Assembly: GCA_951406725.2 (NCBI GenBank)
Contig: OX597814.1
Span: 9,548,001-9,612,000 of the forward strand
DNA length: 64,000 bases
DNA from: Octopus vulgaris
Lineage: Eukaryota
Reading direction: 5' to 3'
In this document: positions 30,184 through 42,845 of the stretch, one piece after another
How the letters are laid out: every line of letters starts with the position of its first letter
How positions within the stretch are numbered: the first letter of the stretch is position 1
Made by a program: the position numbers and the translations under genes
Notes under the pieces: model-generated
What the model was told of the DNA's origin: nothing
Databases searched by the model: none
The model's input: only the letters and a program-made list of their open reading frames with translations

Positions 30184-30184
<1 letters not shown>

Positions 30185-30387
30185 GGGAGAGTTTACGAAA
30201 AAAAAAAACAAAAGACGAAGACAGGTGGTGTACAAAACAAACGCTCAGGAATAGAAAAAGTCTTTTATGTTTCGAGCCTACGCACTTCTACAGAAAGGGA
30301 CACAGAAAAAACAAGGAGAGAAAAAAGGAGAGAAAAAGGAAGAAAAAAATGTGTGTGTAGTGGCTAATGATCTATCATGGCGTCTGA
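30184..30387 (-). mobile_element. Short HHR-bearing module (family A) in (TA)n
   Basis: One of five copies; motif 30262-30297: cttt-CTGTAGA-A-GTGC-gtag-GCTC-GAAAC-ATA-aaag. Confidence 0.75.
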
Positions 30388-30399
30388 TATATATATATT

Positions 30400-30830
30400 T
30401 GCGGTTAGTTGTCCATAGGTTGGAAAAATGTACACTTTAAAAGAGAAATTGAACGATTATACTTTTATAGTGTCGAGTAGTATATTCTTGGATAAGGCAT
30501 ATTAAGTGGTTAGAATGCTACCGTCGGTTTCGAACCGGCTTTTCTATTTGACGATATTGACGACATTTTGGACAAATTGACCGGAAGCACATCGCCTTAA
30601 TTCTACTGGAGTTGAATATGCTGTTCCAATTCGGTTGGTGCTGATGAAAAGTGGAAAACGAATAGTGATGAAACCTTATGACATTTTCTGGGAAGGAAAG
30701 AAAAGGTACCTTTTTCCTTTGATGAATGGATAAACTTTTTATACATTATAGGCATAGGAAATTATTCAATAGGCATAACTTAATGGTCTCCTTCAGCTGT
30801 GGATTTAATGCAACGAATAGTGAACACTTC
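30400..30830 (+). pseudogene. Penelope-like element ORF remnant
   Basis: KLFNRHNLMVSFSC at ~30759-30800 resembles the PLE RT/GIY-YIG linker motif KIFNRNTxKVSYSC. Confidence 0.55.
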
Positions 30831-31272
30831 AAAGCCTCACATGTATAAATATATGTAGAGTTTTGAGGCGTTTTGACATGTCATCTTTTGTCGGTATTTA
30901 GTGCGGATTTTTCTCAGAGTTTTTATTAGTCTGAAAGAATGATGAACATATGTATGTGCGCGCGCGCGTGTGCATGTATGTGAGTGTGTGAGCTTAGTAG
31001 TAGTAGTAGTAGTTATAGATAGTCAATCCACGTATTGGATTATTTGTAGAAATGAAGACGCCTCAAAAAATAAAAAGGTTCCATTCTTATATATCAGTTT
31101 GGTTTACCATTAAAATTCTGGCTTGAGCTGCAACTGAAAAATGCGGTGCTGAAATTGCCTATCAAAGGCGGCTTCTCCTTGAACAGGTGAATATAGATGA
31201 AAATAGAAAATGAAACAGCAAAATATTTCGCAATACTCAAAAAACAGTTAATTTAAATAGAGAATATAACCA

Positions 31273-31340
<68 letters not shown>

Positions 31341-31350
31341 GTGTGTGTAT

Positions 31351-31508
31351 AGTTGAAATTTACAAAAAACAAAAGACGAAGACAGGTGTGTAAACAACAA
31401 ACAGATGTATTAGTATAACGATCGGTAAGGTGAGAAAGTCTTTTACGTTTCAAGCCTATGCTCTTCAACAGAAAGGAAGATTTTAAAATAAATAGAGAGA
31501 GAATAATA
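31351..31508 (-). mobile_element. Short HHR-bearing module (family A)
   Basis: Motif 31440-31475: cttt-CTGTTGA-A-GAGC-atag-GCTT-GAAAC-GTA-aaag; flanked by TA/TG arrays. Confidence 0.75.
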
Positions 31509-31531
31509 TAAATATAAATATAAATATAAAT

Positions 31532-31603
<72 letters not shown>

Positions 31604-31759
31604 TAAATGTAAGGATAAGCAACTTTGGCAAGTCAACTTGCCGGTCAAAGTCTAATTTGACTGTCCTTATATTTACTTCCCTATCCGCTCAAGTTGAAAC
31701 CTCTTGAGCACTAATAAGTGTATTCTATACGGAGAATATTTGATTCTAAATCCACAAGT

Positions 31760-31905
31760 TTTTTATTTTCTCTTATTCCTTTCTGTTGAAGAGCGTAGGC
31801 TCGAAACGTAGAAGATTTTCTCACTTTCCCGAGCGTCAAATTAATACACCTATTCGTTGTTCATACACCTGTCTTCGCTTTTTGTTTTTCCTGTAAATTT
31901 CAACT
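31760..31905 (+). mobile_element. Short HHR-bearing module (family A), inverted relative to 31351-31508
   Basis: Motif 31779-31814: cttt-CTGTTGA-A-GAGC-gtag-GCTC-GAAAC-GTA-gaag. Confidence 0.75.
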
Positions 31906-32234
31906 ATATACACACACAAAAACACACACAAACACACACACATACACATTCTCTTCTATCAAATACAAATACACAGCCACACAAACACACACACACATGC
32001 ATACACACATATAACACAATTTGTAGTGCAATATATGGACTCATAGAATCCAGTGGCAATCACAGAAAGCTTCTCTAGTGGATTCAATGTAACATCATTA
32101 GTGTTACCATAATGTTCTGATGAATTGAAGAGCTAGCCTTCTATATCTGCATTGACTTGTAATTGTACATTTATGCTGTGCAATGAGTAGCATGTATATT
32201 AGTGCAGACATAAAATAATTTATGAAATTATTAT

Positions 32235-32280
32235 TATATGATGAAGGCTGCGAAACGGCCGTAATCCAATAGTTATTAAG
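32235..32280 (+). ncRNA. Degenerate hammerhead-like motif
   Basis: ATGATGA-A-GGCTG-cgaaa-CGGCC-GTAA; intact stem II, two core substitutions. Confidence 0.35.
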
Positions 32281-32362
32281 TGATTAAATAAATATATTCA
32301 CATCTCATACCTCCTGATGTTTTATTTTCTCTCTCTCTGTCTAATACACCCCTCTTTGTCTG

Positions 32363-32412
<50 letters not shown>

Positions 32413-32635
32413 ACACACACATATATGCACATATATTTTATGTATAGTTATGGTTTACATATTTTAAGATGACTAGCTGTTTCTGAGAAAAGAAGTTCGA
32501 CTTTGAGCATTCTTGGTTTGATCAGGTTTTTGACAGCTTTACCCACACATATACATACATATGTACGTACAAATATATGCATATATGTGCGCCTACACAC
32601 ACATGTATGTATATATGCATATTTATGCATATACG

Positions 32636-32770
<135 letters not shown>

Positions 32771-33129
32771 AAACGATTAAAACGATAAATATAAATTAAT
32801 AACTATAAAATGTAAATAATTTCCAATTCATTATAAAAATGCTAATTTAATGTTTGAAATTCAATGCATAATTCAGTAAATCGCTAATATTTTGATGTCA
32901 GCCAGGAACAATTTCTCCGTGACATTCAGCCTTATTATCTATACTAACCCATAGCAATGTATAAACGACATATTGGGTGGGCTGTTTCAAAATGCATTAA
33001 ATAACGTGCCATAAAGATAGAATGAATATTGCCTCTCGCTTAATGTCTTCCTAAAACAAGTAAATGTGTATTACATCATTGAGCTAATATTTAGATACGT
33101 AGTCTGTGTATTTAACATAATAATTGTAA

Positions 33130-33325
33130 CATAGGCACAATGTCTGAAATTTTGGTGGAGGAGAAAAGTCGATGAAAATAACCTCAGAACTTGACTGACA
33201 TTTTATTATATCGAACAGGATGGATGAAAGGCAAAGTTGACCTCGGCGGGATTTTAATCAAAATTTAAACAGCCGGAAGAAATACCACAAAATCCGACGC
33301 TCTAACGCCTTTGCCGAACTAAAGC
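33130..33325 (-). mobile_element. SINE group 2, degenerate
   Basis: gatgaaaggcaaagttgacctcggcggga matches 61042-61281. Confidence 0.75.
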
Positions 33326-33345
33326 CCTGTGTAGCAGAGAAATAA

Positions 33346-33395
<50 letters not shown>

Positions 33396-33495
33396 CATAC
33401 ACACACACACATACACACACACACACACACACACATATAGTGAATATCTATCTATCTGTCTGTCTGTCTATCTATGCGCATATATATATGTATGT

Positions 33496-33904
33496 AGGGG
33501 CAGGAGTGGCTGTGTGGTATGTAGTTTGCTTACCAACCACATGGTTCCGGGTTCATTCCCACTGCGTGGTACCTTGGGCATGTCTCTTCTACTATAGCCT
33601 CGGGCCGACCAACGCCTTGTGAGTGGATTTGGTAGACGGAAACTGGAAGAAGCCCGTCGTATATATGTATTTATATATATGTATGTATGTATATGTTTGT
33701 GTGTCTGTGTTTGTCCCCCCACCATTGCTTGACAACCGATGGTGCTGTGTTTACGTCTCATAACTTAGCGGTTCAGCAAAAGAGACTGATAGAATAAGTA
33801 CAAGGCTTACAAAGAATAAGTCCTGGGGTCGATTTACTCGACTAGAAGGCGGTGCTCCAGCATGGCCGCAGTCAAATGACTGAAACAAGTAAAAGAGTAA
33901 AGAG

Positions 33905-33905
<1 letters not shown>
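33496..33905 (+). mobile_element. SINE group 1, full length
   Basis: Matches 5679-6093 end to end. Confidence 0.93.
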
Positions 33906-33957
<52 letters not shown>

Positions 33958-34111
33958 TGCAAAAAAGGCTGAAATATAATTAATTTAATAAAATTAATAA
34001 ATTTCACCTGGTAGATTTATCGGTATGGAAAAGACCATATTTGGTAAGGATTATACTAATTATAATAAAGGGTTAATTGCAACAAGTTGCTCAAAAAATA
34101 TATATAAAATA

Positions 34112-34212
<101 letters not shown>

Positions 34213-34214
34213 TT

Positions 34215-34445
34215 CGAGGTCTGATCAATAAGTATTCGGACTGTGGCCTTAGTAACGAAGCTAAAGCACTCAGAGTGATTCCACTTGGCAAAGATTGACC
34301 TTGAACGCTGCTGTGCATACGCAGTAAGTTTTAACGTTCTAGCTCACTTCACTGCATGGAAGGAAGGTGTGTAGAATGTGATCGTCGCATTGACCATGAC
34401 AGAGAATGTTGTCATGCCGACATCTGCTCAGAGGCTTGCACAAAG
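34215..34445 (+). mobile_element. Mariner-like 5' terminal remnant
   Basis: CGAGGTCTGATCAATAAGT resembles mariner TIRs; no intact ORF. Confidence 0.5.
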
Positions 34446-34449
34446 TGTA

Positions 34450-35180
34450 TGAACTGCACCTCTGGCATCACAGTTTTGTTGCTTAACAACTGCTCGGCAC
34501 ATCTCCAGACTCCCTTCTTCCCAGCTACTTATTCTGCTGTGATAATTTTATTGGTTTCACATTGTGCTTTTCCATCCTGGAGTTTCTGGATCACAGTTGC
34601 AAAAGTTTCACCGTGAATGTTGTATGTCTTGGATGTAACGCAGGAGGAATATCTTTTTCGGATTTCTTCCAGCTACAGAGCATCTTGGTTAAATTCCTTC
34701 TCGTCATTCCAGATTTTTCTCCATAAGGTATCTATGTCTTCTCCTGAAAAAGCTTCCGTGATATTTATTGCTCCTCCTCTCATGTCTCTGTATACTGCTG
34801 CCTGATTGCGGTTAATTGTTTTTGTTTATTGTTCCTCTCTCGGTTATTCTCTTCTGATGTCGGAGTTTTTCACTGACAGCTTTTAGCTCCTGCTTGAGGG
34901 TAATCAGTTTGCAAGTGAGTGTCCTCTTTTTGCTGTCTTCAAATATCATTTCTATCTCCTTCTTTACTCTCTTTTGGTGGGACGTATAGGGATTTACTCG
35001 CTGCATGCAATAAGCATCATTACATGACTGATGGTCTTCCGTAAACTAGTTATCTTTTTCTCTGTCTTCAAAACTCATGATGGTATTTCCTTTGTTATTT
35101 CGGTTTCGTTTACTTTTTGAATATCATTCATGTTCTGTTTTACAGCAGTAGCCAGTGCATCTAGACAGGCGTTAATCTGC
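34450..35180 (-). pseudogene. RLE-type (R4/Dong-like) retrotransposon, pre-RT region remnant
   Basis: KLITLKQELKAVSEKLRHQKRITERGTIN and LWRKIWNDEKEFNQDALW resemble the region preceding RT in RLE elements. Confidence 0.6.
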
Positions 35181-35311
35181 CAGTATGTATGTATGTATGT
35201 ATGTATGTATGTATGTATGTATGTATGTATGTATGTATGTATGTATGTATGTATGTATGTACGTATGCATGCATGCATGCATGCATGCATGTATGTATGT
35301 ATGCATGCATG

Positions 35312-35342
<31 letters not shown>

Positions 35343-35530
35343 GCATGTATGCATGTATGTATGTATGTATGTATGCATGCATGCATGTATGTATGTATGT
35401 ATGTATGTATGTATGTATGTATGCATGTATGTGTGTGTATGTACGCACGTATATATGTGGCTTTATGTGTGCATGTATACATGCACACATATATAGACAC
35501 ATACACACACACACACACACATATATATAT

Positions 35531-35732
35531 AGGGAGAATTCATGAAAAAACAAAAGACGAAGACAGGTGGTGTAGAAAACAAACAGATGTATTAGTATAA
35601 CGCTCAGGAATTGAAAAAGTCTTTTACGTTTCGAGCCTATGCTCTTCCACAGAAAGGAACACAGAAAGAAACAAAGAGAGAAACAAGGAGAGAAAAGAAA
35701 TTTGTGTAGTGGGTACCGATCTATCATGGCGA
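35531..35732 (-). mobile_element. Short HHR-bearing module (family A) in (TA)n
   Basis: Motif 35621-35656: cttt-CTGTGGA-A-GAGC-atag-GCTC-GAAAC-GTA-aaag. Confidence 0.78.
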
Positions 35733-35745
35733 TATATATACATAC

Positions 35746-35823
<78 letters not shown>

Positions 35824-36828
35824 TTGTAATCCTTTAATAGCCTGTCATTTACTTTGGATTTTGTTTTACACAAAGAAGGATCTGAATAGAGAACATGGAT
35901 ATAACGAATTATTTGCTTCCTTTATAGTTAAATGGACAGAGCAATTTAAATGTTAGTGTCCTCCTGCGCGGAACACAATGCCATATCGGCGAAAAGATAG
36001 GCTATCGCGTCAAAACAACAGTACGATACAAATATCCTAGCAAATTGGCTGGCAGCAATTCTCAAGAGATTTGATAAAAGAGAAGAAAAGAAAAGCAATC
36101 GGAATAAAAACCACTTCAGGAAAATGAAGCAACAGTTATTAGCATTCGGATTCTGTATCATCAATAAAAGTATAATCAAGCTGTTTTAAAATATGACGTA
36201 TGCAGTTATCGTCTGTCTGTTTGGGAGGGAATATTGAACGCGTAGTAACTGTAATTGTTGATAGCTTCAGGCGACTGACTCGATACAAACTAAATAGATC
36301 TTTCTTTTCATTTATCTTCCATATTTCTTCTATATTTATTCTTTTTAATCTCCCTATTCGGCTTTACAACCATCTTTATACTTCTCCATCAACTTTTCCA
36401 GATACAGACAACCAATGAAAATTTCATTATTCAATTACGTTTGTTAGTTTAGTATTTACTTCGTTGAACATTCGTATTTTATCGAAGTATCTTTGAAATC
36501 TTTTATAGACGTTTTGTCCCTTTTCTATATATTTTGTTTCTCTTCCCTTTTAATCTTTTTCTAATAGAAAAATGTTTTATTGTTTCTGGGATGAGAAGAC
36601 AGCAAAAGCGATCATAAACTTTCGTTAGCAGTTTCGTATTTCTCGAGCGAGCCATTAGAATGTAAAGTTAATGTATAAAATACTCGTTCGCAGGAATGTT
36701 AGGAGCATCTGCTGTCTCTTGAGTAATGACGAGCTAACACACACACATATATATATATATATAAGAGCGTTTTGGTTGCGTTTGACCATGCATGCTAGTA
36801 GTAGTAGTGGTAGTTGTAGTAGTAGTAA

Positions 36829-37296
36829 CTAGTTGGACCTGTGAAGAATTCACGGATAATTTAAATATCGTACAACGAATAATTATCATTTAATCAAAAC
36901 TGTTAATTCGCACTATTTAGGTTAACGAACAATTCTATTATCCTTATTAATAAATTAATACTTTTCCATTGTGACAACAATTCAGGATCTCTCTTGAGAA
37001 TTTTAGAGGTCTACAGTATCGACAAATAACATTCATATCACCAATATGGAATCCTGAAGGTTGATCTTCATTTATGGCATTTCTTCACTCTTTTACTCTT
37101 TTACTCTATTACTTGTTTCAGTCATTTGACTGCGGCCATGCTGGAGCACCGCATTTAGTCGAGCAAATCGACCCCGGGACTTATTCTTTATAAGCCCAGT
37201 ACTTATTCTATCGGTCTCTTTTGCCGAACCGCTAAGTGATGGGGACGTAAACACACCAGCATCGCTTGTCAAGCAATGCTAGGGGGACACACAAAC

Positions 37297-37345
<49 letters not shown>

Positions 37346-37859
37346 CGACAGGCTTCTTTCAGTTTCCGTGTACCAAATCCACTCACAAGGCGTTGGTCGG
37401 CCCGGGGCTATAGCAGAAGACACTTGCACAAGATGCCACGCAGTGTGACTGAACCCGCAACCATGTGGTTGGTAAGCCAGCTACTTACCACACAGCCACT
37501 CCTGCGCCTGTTGAACTGTTGAACTCTGTTTCTTATATTCTGTAGATAAGCTTCTCTCTCCTCGGGATTCATGTTATTTCTTCTCTCTTGATTTCTGTTT
37601 CTTCTATTCTGAAGATAAAGTTCTCTCTTCTCTTGGTTCATATTATTCCTCATTTCTTGCATTTGTTCTCGAATACGGACACGGATTTCTTGCCTCTCTT
37701 CTGCTGGTAACCTTCGTCGTCTTCTTCTCTGTCTCTCCCTTGCTGCCGCTCTTTGCTGACATATTCTCTCTTCCATTTTTAAGAATGGTTGAATTTGTGA
37801 TATAAGAAAACAGTCCTTTAGCGTGACAAACACCGACGGTAGAAGCGTATTAATATATA
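36829..37859 (-). mobile_element. Non-autonomous Helitron carrying an N-terminal R/E/Q-rich ORF start, interrupted by a SINE
   Basis: 3' hairpin CCGTGAATTCTTCACAGG plus CTAG at 36829-36857; 5' TATATATTAATACGCTT (second copy with intact TC start at 38655-38698); ORF from ATG 37776 MEERICQQRAAARERQRRRR..NMNPEEREAYLQN like STPR-type repeats of RepHel N-termini. Confidence 0.65.
37088..37508 (-). mobile_element. SINE group 1, full length
   Basis: Matches other copies end to end. Confidence 0.93.
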
Positions 37860-38429
37860 AAATGCTAAAGCGAATTATATGTAATCAGTTGTAACTATAC
37901 TACGATGAATTTCTTCGGGAATATAATGCAACGTTAAAATAGCTTTAGCTACACTACATGTTTCCGTGACAAATCTTTACTTGTGGAAGACTACGGTCGC
38001 ATCCCACCATTTTTAATTTTCATAGGCTGAACGTAAATTGTGTCCAGATGAAAAAATTTAGGAATGTTATGTAAGTTTTTGTTTATTATTCAATATTTTC
38101 AATAATTATGATGGATTATTTCAAATGTATCATATTTATGTATCCAGTGAAAAACAAACAAAAAGAATCCCAAATCTTACGCCTTTAGAAATTGTGCAAT
38201 GTGCAGTCTATGAAATATTGAATTGAAAATATATAAAATTATATTGTATGAAAATATATGATTATTTGTAGTATAACACAAAAATAATAAAAATTATGCG
38301 ATAGTTAAATATGGTCACTAAAGATGCTTACATTTTTTTCATGTTTTCCGTGAAGTTTTCACGGGTCCAGGTGGGTTATATAAATCTGTAGAATACGTCA
38401 AGTATATTTCATATGATAGATAGAAAGAG

Positions 38430-38484
<55 letters not shown>

Positions 38485-38825
38485 CAGACAGACATTATTA
38501 ATAACATAAGTATATATTCAGTTATTGTGTGGAAGTATATGTGAAATATATCCATTACATCACTTTCCGATATTATACATAGATAATATATCGTCCTTTT
38601 CTTCTTTTCACTAAGTCAAGGGACATAACTAGAATTTAATTCTGACTTATCGTTTTAGCGTGACAAACACCGATGGTACAAGCGTATTAATATATAGATA
38701 ATAATAATAATAATAATAATAGTAACGGGTAGTTATGATGGCTATATTGGGCTTAGAATATTTCTACTTCAGTGTCACATTGATGGTATGCATTGCTCTC
38801 TCAATAATAATAACAATAATAATAA

Positions 38826-39040
38826 TCCTTTCTAATATAGGCGCAAGGCCTGACATTTTGGATAGAAGACTAGTCGTTTATATCGACCCCAGTGTTTCAC
38901 TGGTACTTAATTTATTGACCCCGAAAAGATGAAAGGCAAAGTCGACCTCGGTGGAATTTGAACACAGAACGCAGCGACGGGCGAAATACTGCTAAGCATT
39001 TCTTCCAGCGCACTAGCGATTCTGCCAGCTCGCTGCCTTG
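38826..39040 (-). mobile_element. SINE group 2
   Basis: Head GGCAGCGAGCTGGCAGAATCG, B-box-like GTTCAAATTCC, body GTCGACTTTGCCTTTCATC. Confidence 0.88.
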
Positions 39041-39049
39041 ATAATGATG

Positions 39050-39095
<46 letters not shown>

Positions 39096-39097
39096 TA

Positions 39098-39205
<108 letters not shown>

Positions 39206-39298
39206 AATAATAATGGTGATAATAATGATGATAATTATGATGATAATAATGATAATAATAATAATAATAATGATAATAATAATGATAATAATAATTAT

Positions 39299-39531
39299 TC
39301 AGGGACCTTTCGAGTGGGATGGGCTACTCAACCTGAAGAAAATTCTAACTGGGCCCCACCTGCAAGGTCATGTGTTGTTTATCTTGATATGAGATCACCA
39401 TGTCGCGCACATATGGTTGTGATGCATGTGCCTGGTGTACCCTTATTAGACGGGTAGTCATGATGGGTATATTGGGCTTCGTATATTTTACCCCAGTGTC
39501 ACTTTGATGGCATGCACTGCTCTCTCACTCT
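39299..39531 (+). mobile_element. (TAA)n-embedded repeat, probably the 3' UTR of an RLE retrotransposon
   Basis: Unique-looking 230 bp between TAA/TGA arrays; its last ~80 bp recur degenerately at 38724-38805, also followed by (TAA)n. Confidence 0.6.
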
Positions 39532-39749
39532 ATAATAATGGTAATAATGATATTGATGATAATGATATTGATAATGATGATAATGATAATAATAATGATA
39601 ATAATAATGATAATAATAATGATAATAATGATGATAATGATATTGATAATGATGATAATGATAATAATAATGATGATAATGATAATAATAATGATGATGA
39701 TAATAATAATGATGATGATAATAATTATGATGATGATGATGATGATGAT

Positions 39750-39793
<44 letters not shown>

Positions 39794-40231
39794 CAACGAC
39801 GACGACGACAGCAATAACAAATATAACAATAATAATAATAATAATAATGATAATAATAATAATAATAATAAAACCTGGTTGGATAACAATATGGACGTGT
39901 AGGCATCTATTTTCATAAAAGATTTGAAATAATCCAATAACATCACCCAAACCAAAACCAGCATAAAAAAAATTGACGCAAATCCAATTGTCATTTAGTT
40001 TATCCATTAAATATCGCTATCGCATACAAAGTCTATTTAAAAACAAATCAGCTACGTCTACACTTAAATCAATTAACTAGGTGGTGTGATCACGATAATG
40101 ACGAAGTGCATGGATTAGAAGCGGTGTTCCTTGAAAAGGCTTATCCGAATACAAAAGACCAATGTACTACTATTGGCGTCACAAAAATTAATAAAGAGAA
40201 CCTAGTAACAATGGATACTACTTTAAATGTT

Positions 40232-40625
40232 ACAGGAGTAGCTGTGTGGTAAGTAGCTTGCTAACCAACCACATGGTTGCGGGTTCAGTCCTACTGCGTG
40301 GCATCTTGGGCAAGTGTCTTCTGCTATAGCCCCGGGCCGACCAATGCCTTGTGAGTGGATTTGGTAGACGGAAACTGAAAGAAGCCTGTCGTATATATGT
40401 ATATATGTATATATGTGTGTGTGTGTGTTTGTCCCCCTAGCATTGCTTGACAACCGATGCTGGTGTGTTTACGTCCCCGTCACTTAGCGGTTCGGCAAAA
40501 GAGACCGATAGAATAAGTACTGGGCTTACAAAGAATAAGTCCCGGGGTCGATTTGCTCGACTAAAGGCGGTGCTCCAGCATGGCCGCAATCAAATGATTG
40601 AAACAAGTAAAAGAGTAAAGAGTAA
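40232..40625 (+). mobile_element. SINE group 1, near full length
   Basis: Matches 37088-37508 closely (inverted). Confidence 0.93.
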
Positions 40626-40832
40626 TTCCTATACATATCAAGGATATAGACAATACGCTTCAGAACTATAAATAGCAAGTGTGAGTTATGGAAACGAAAA
40701 TTAAGCAAAAAGGTGAATACAAAAATATTGCAAGTTGGCTTATCGTAGTTGCCAAGGAATCCCTAAATATATTAAGAACTGCATACAACTGAAAAGTTCA
40801 TTGATAAGGTCTCTAATTTCTAACTGAAATAC

Positions 40833-40912
40833 CTGACCAGTACTCATTGGAATATAGTAGCACCATCCAATAAACTGATGAGCAAACCAAAAGATCAACA
40901 TCCAATAGTCTG
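40833..40912 (-). other. Candidate internal exon of an unidentified minus-strand transcript
   Basis: Acceptor ttttcctttcag (NAGNAG) and donor CAG|gtattt bracket 80 nt of non-repetitive sequence; no recognisable protein. Confidence 0.35.
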
Positions 40913-41636
40913 CTGAAAGGAAAACATTAATTCTTCCAAACAAAACCAACAAAACTAACATATGGATATGAAAATAAACAGATAACATACAGACGGATAG
41001 GTATATAGGTTATATGAACAGACAAGCACATATACGCAAATGGAGACTGAAACACATATATACACACTTTACTCCCCACAAAGACACATGGAGACACGGA
41101 TCCACACATATAGACATGCACATCCATGCATACAAACATGGTACATAGTTGCAAAACACACACACACACACACATACAGACATGCTCACACACACATACA
41201 TAGAAAATACACAAACACGGACATGCAAGCACATGAATATGTAGAATACATAATACAGATGCACACACATACATACATATATACATATGCATATACACAC
41301 ATATATGCATACACACATGGATACATACATACATACATACATACATACACGCACACACATACATACATACATGCATGCATGCATAGGCACACACACACAT
41401 ACACACACTGACCCACACTCGTTCGCACAAGCAAACAAAAAGGAACGCAGTGTAAATAACGGACAGACTGAAGACTATTGAAAAGGTTGCAAGGCGCAAC
41501 GAAAATTTTAGGAAAATAAGAAATAAGTGGAAATTTTACCGGTGAGCGTGTTAAATTATAAGGCACAAAAGAAAATGACTCTCCCCTGACACAACAGAAA
41601 ACTAACAAAGTCATTCCAAAAACTACAAGCTTATAC

Positions 41637-41944
41637 CTTCCTTGTTAATAACATACTAAAAATTTTACAACTGTATTCTGAAATAGGCTGGTTACAATGA
41701 CATATTATGAATGGAGAAGAATAATGCTGAAAATGGATGTATTGCTTTAAAGAGTAATGATTTGTATTCAAGTTCTCACTGGCATATTCAGGTAATCCAA
41801 ATTTAACTTGATTCATAGTTGGAACTCCCCGAGTAGATCCAGGATTTTTACATCTCCTCTGTCAGAGATTCCCTTAAAATGGCAGTGTGCGGCTAAGATG
41901 CTATTCCTGTCGGAGTATTACCACTAACAAAAGATTTTAGACGT
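41637..41944 (-). other. Candidate exon
   Basis: Acceptor ttcttcag and donor AAG|gtataa; contains ORF MNQVKFGLPEY..MLLTRK open up to the donor; no family recognised. Confidence 0.25.
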
Positions 41945-42708
41945 CTGAAGAATTCTAGTCGCTGTATTCCAAACCAAATCTACTATTTTCTCACTCCAAA
42001 TTGACCGAAGGATGTGTATATCTCATAGTCTTCAAAAACGTTTGCTTGTAGGAAATCATTATCTCACTAATCGCCAGCACAGCCAAACTCAGTGATTTTA
42101 CTTTCAAACTAATCCCAAGTCAAGTACATTCATACATCTAACTCTTAATGAGGCCGTGTTTGGTGGATAAAAAGTGGGAAAAAGCCAATTATTTCAGTGT
42201 CTCGGAAAACGGTCAATGAAATCTTCTTGGCTGCGAATGGTCATTGAAAAGCTTTCTCCCAAATTCTTAATTGTGATTTTTCAAAAAATTCCCACTACTT
42301 CTTGGAATTTTTTCTAACAGTCATGTTAACTTCTAATGTTTCTACTAGATGTTTATAATGAAATACTCATATCGAAATAGTCATATAAGACTTTAAAAAG
42401 AACAGCATGAGAGTAAAACCTCCAAAAAATCCCAATCTATATTAGAAGCCTATGAAATGAAGATTACCTATAGCAACTCTCAATGATGACTAAGGATGCC
42501 GGAAAAGGCAACTACAGATAAGACAGAAAAGAATGATAAAAGAAATGAAGAAGAAATTGGTAACTTAAGCAACGAATAATGAACAAAGGAAAGTTCTTTC
42601 CGAAAATTCTAAATAAGGGGTCCTTAGGAAGAATAATCTTTTAGTAAATAACGAAATTCTAAAATGTCACTTTAAAACTCCTCCCGAAGCAAGCAGCTAC
42701 CAATATAT

Positions 42709-42845
42709 ATAGGGTGTCCGTAAATGACCTTTACAATTTTAAAAGTTCTGAAAAAAAGAAAAATTAAGATAACTCAGCAGAGTTTATTAGAAAACACATT
42801 GGCAAACAAATAAAGTTTCATTAAAAACATTAGAACACTTTTCTA
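42709..42845 (+). mobile_element. Solo Tc1/mariner-like terminal sequence
   Basis: TA(T)AGGGTGTCC start typical of Tc1-like TIRs; no partner found. Confidence 0.45.
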
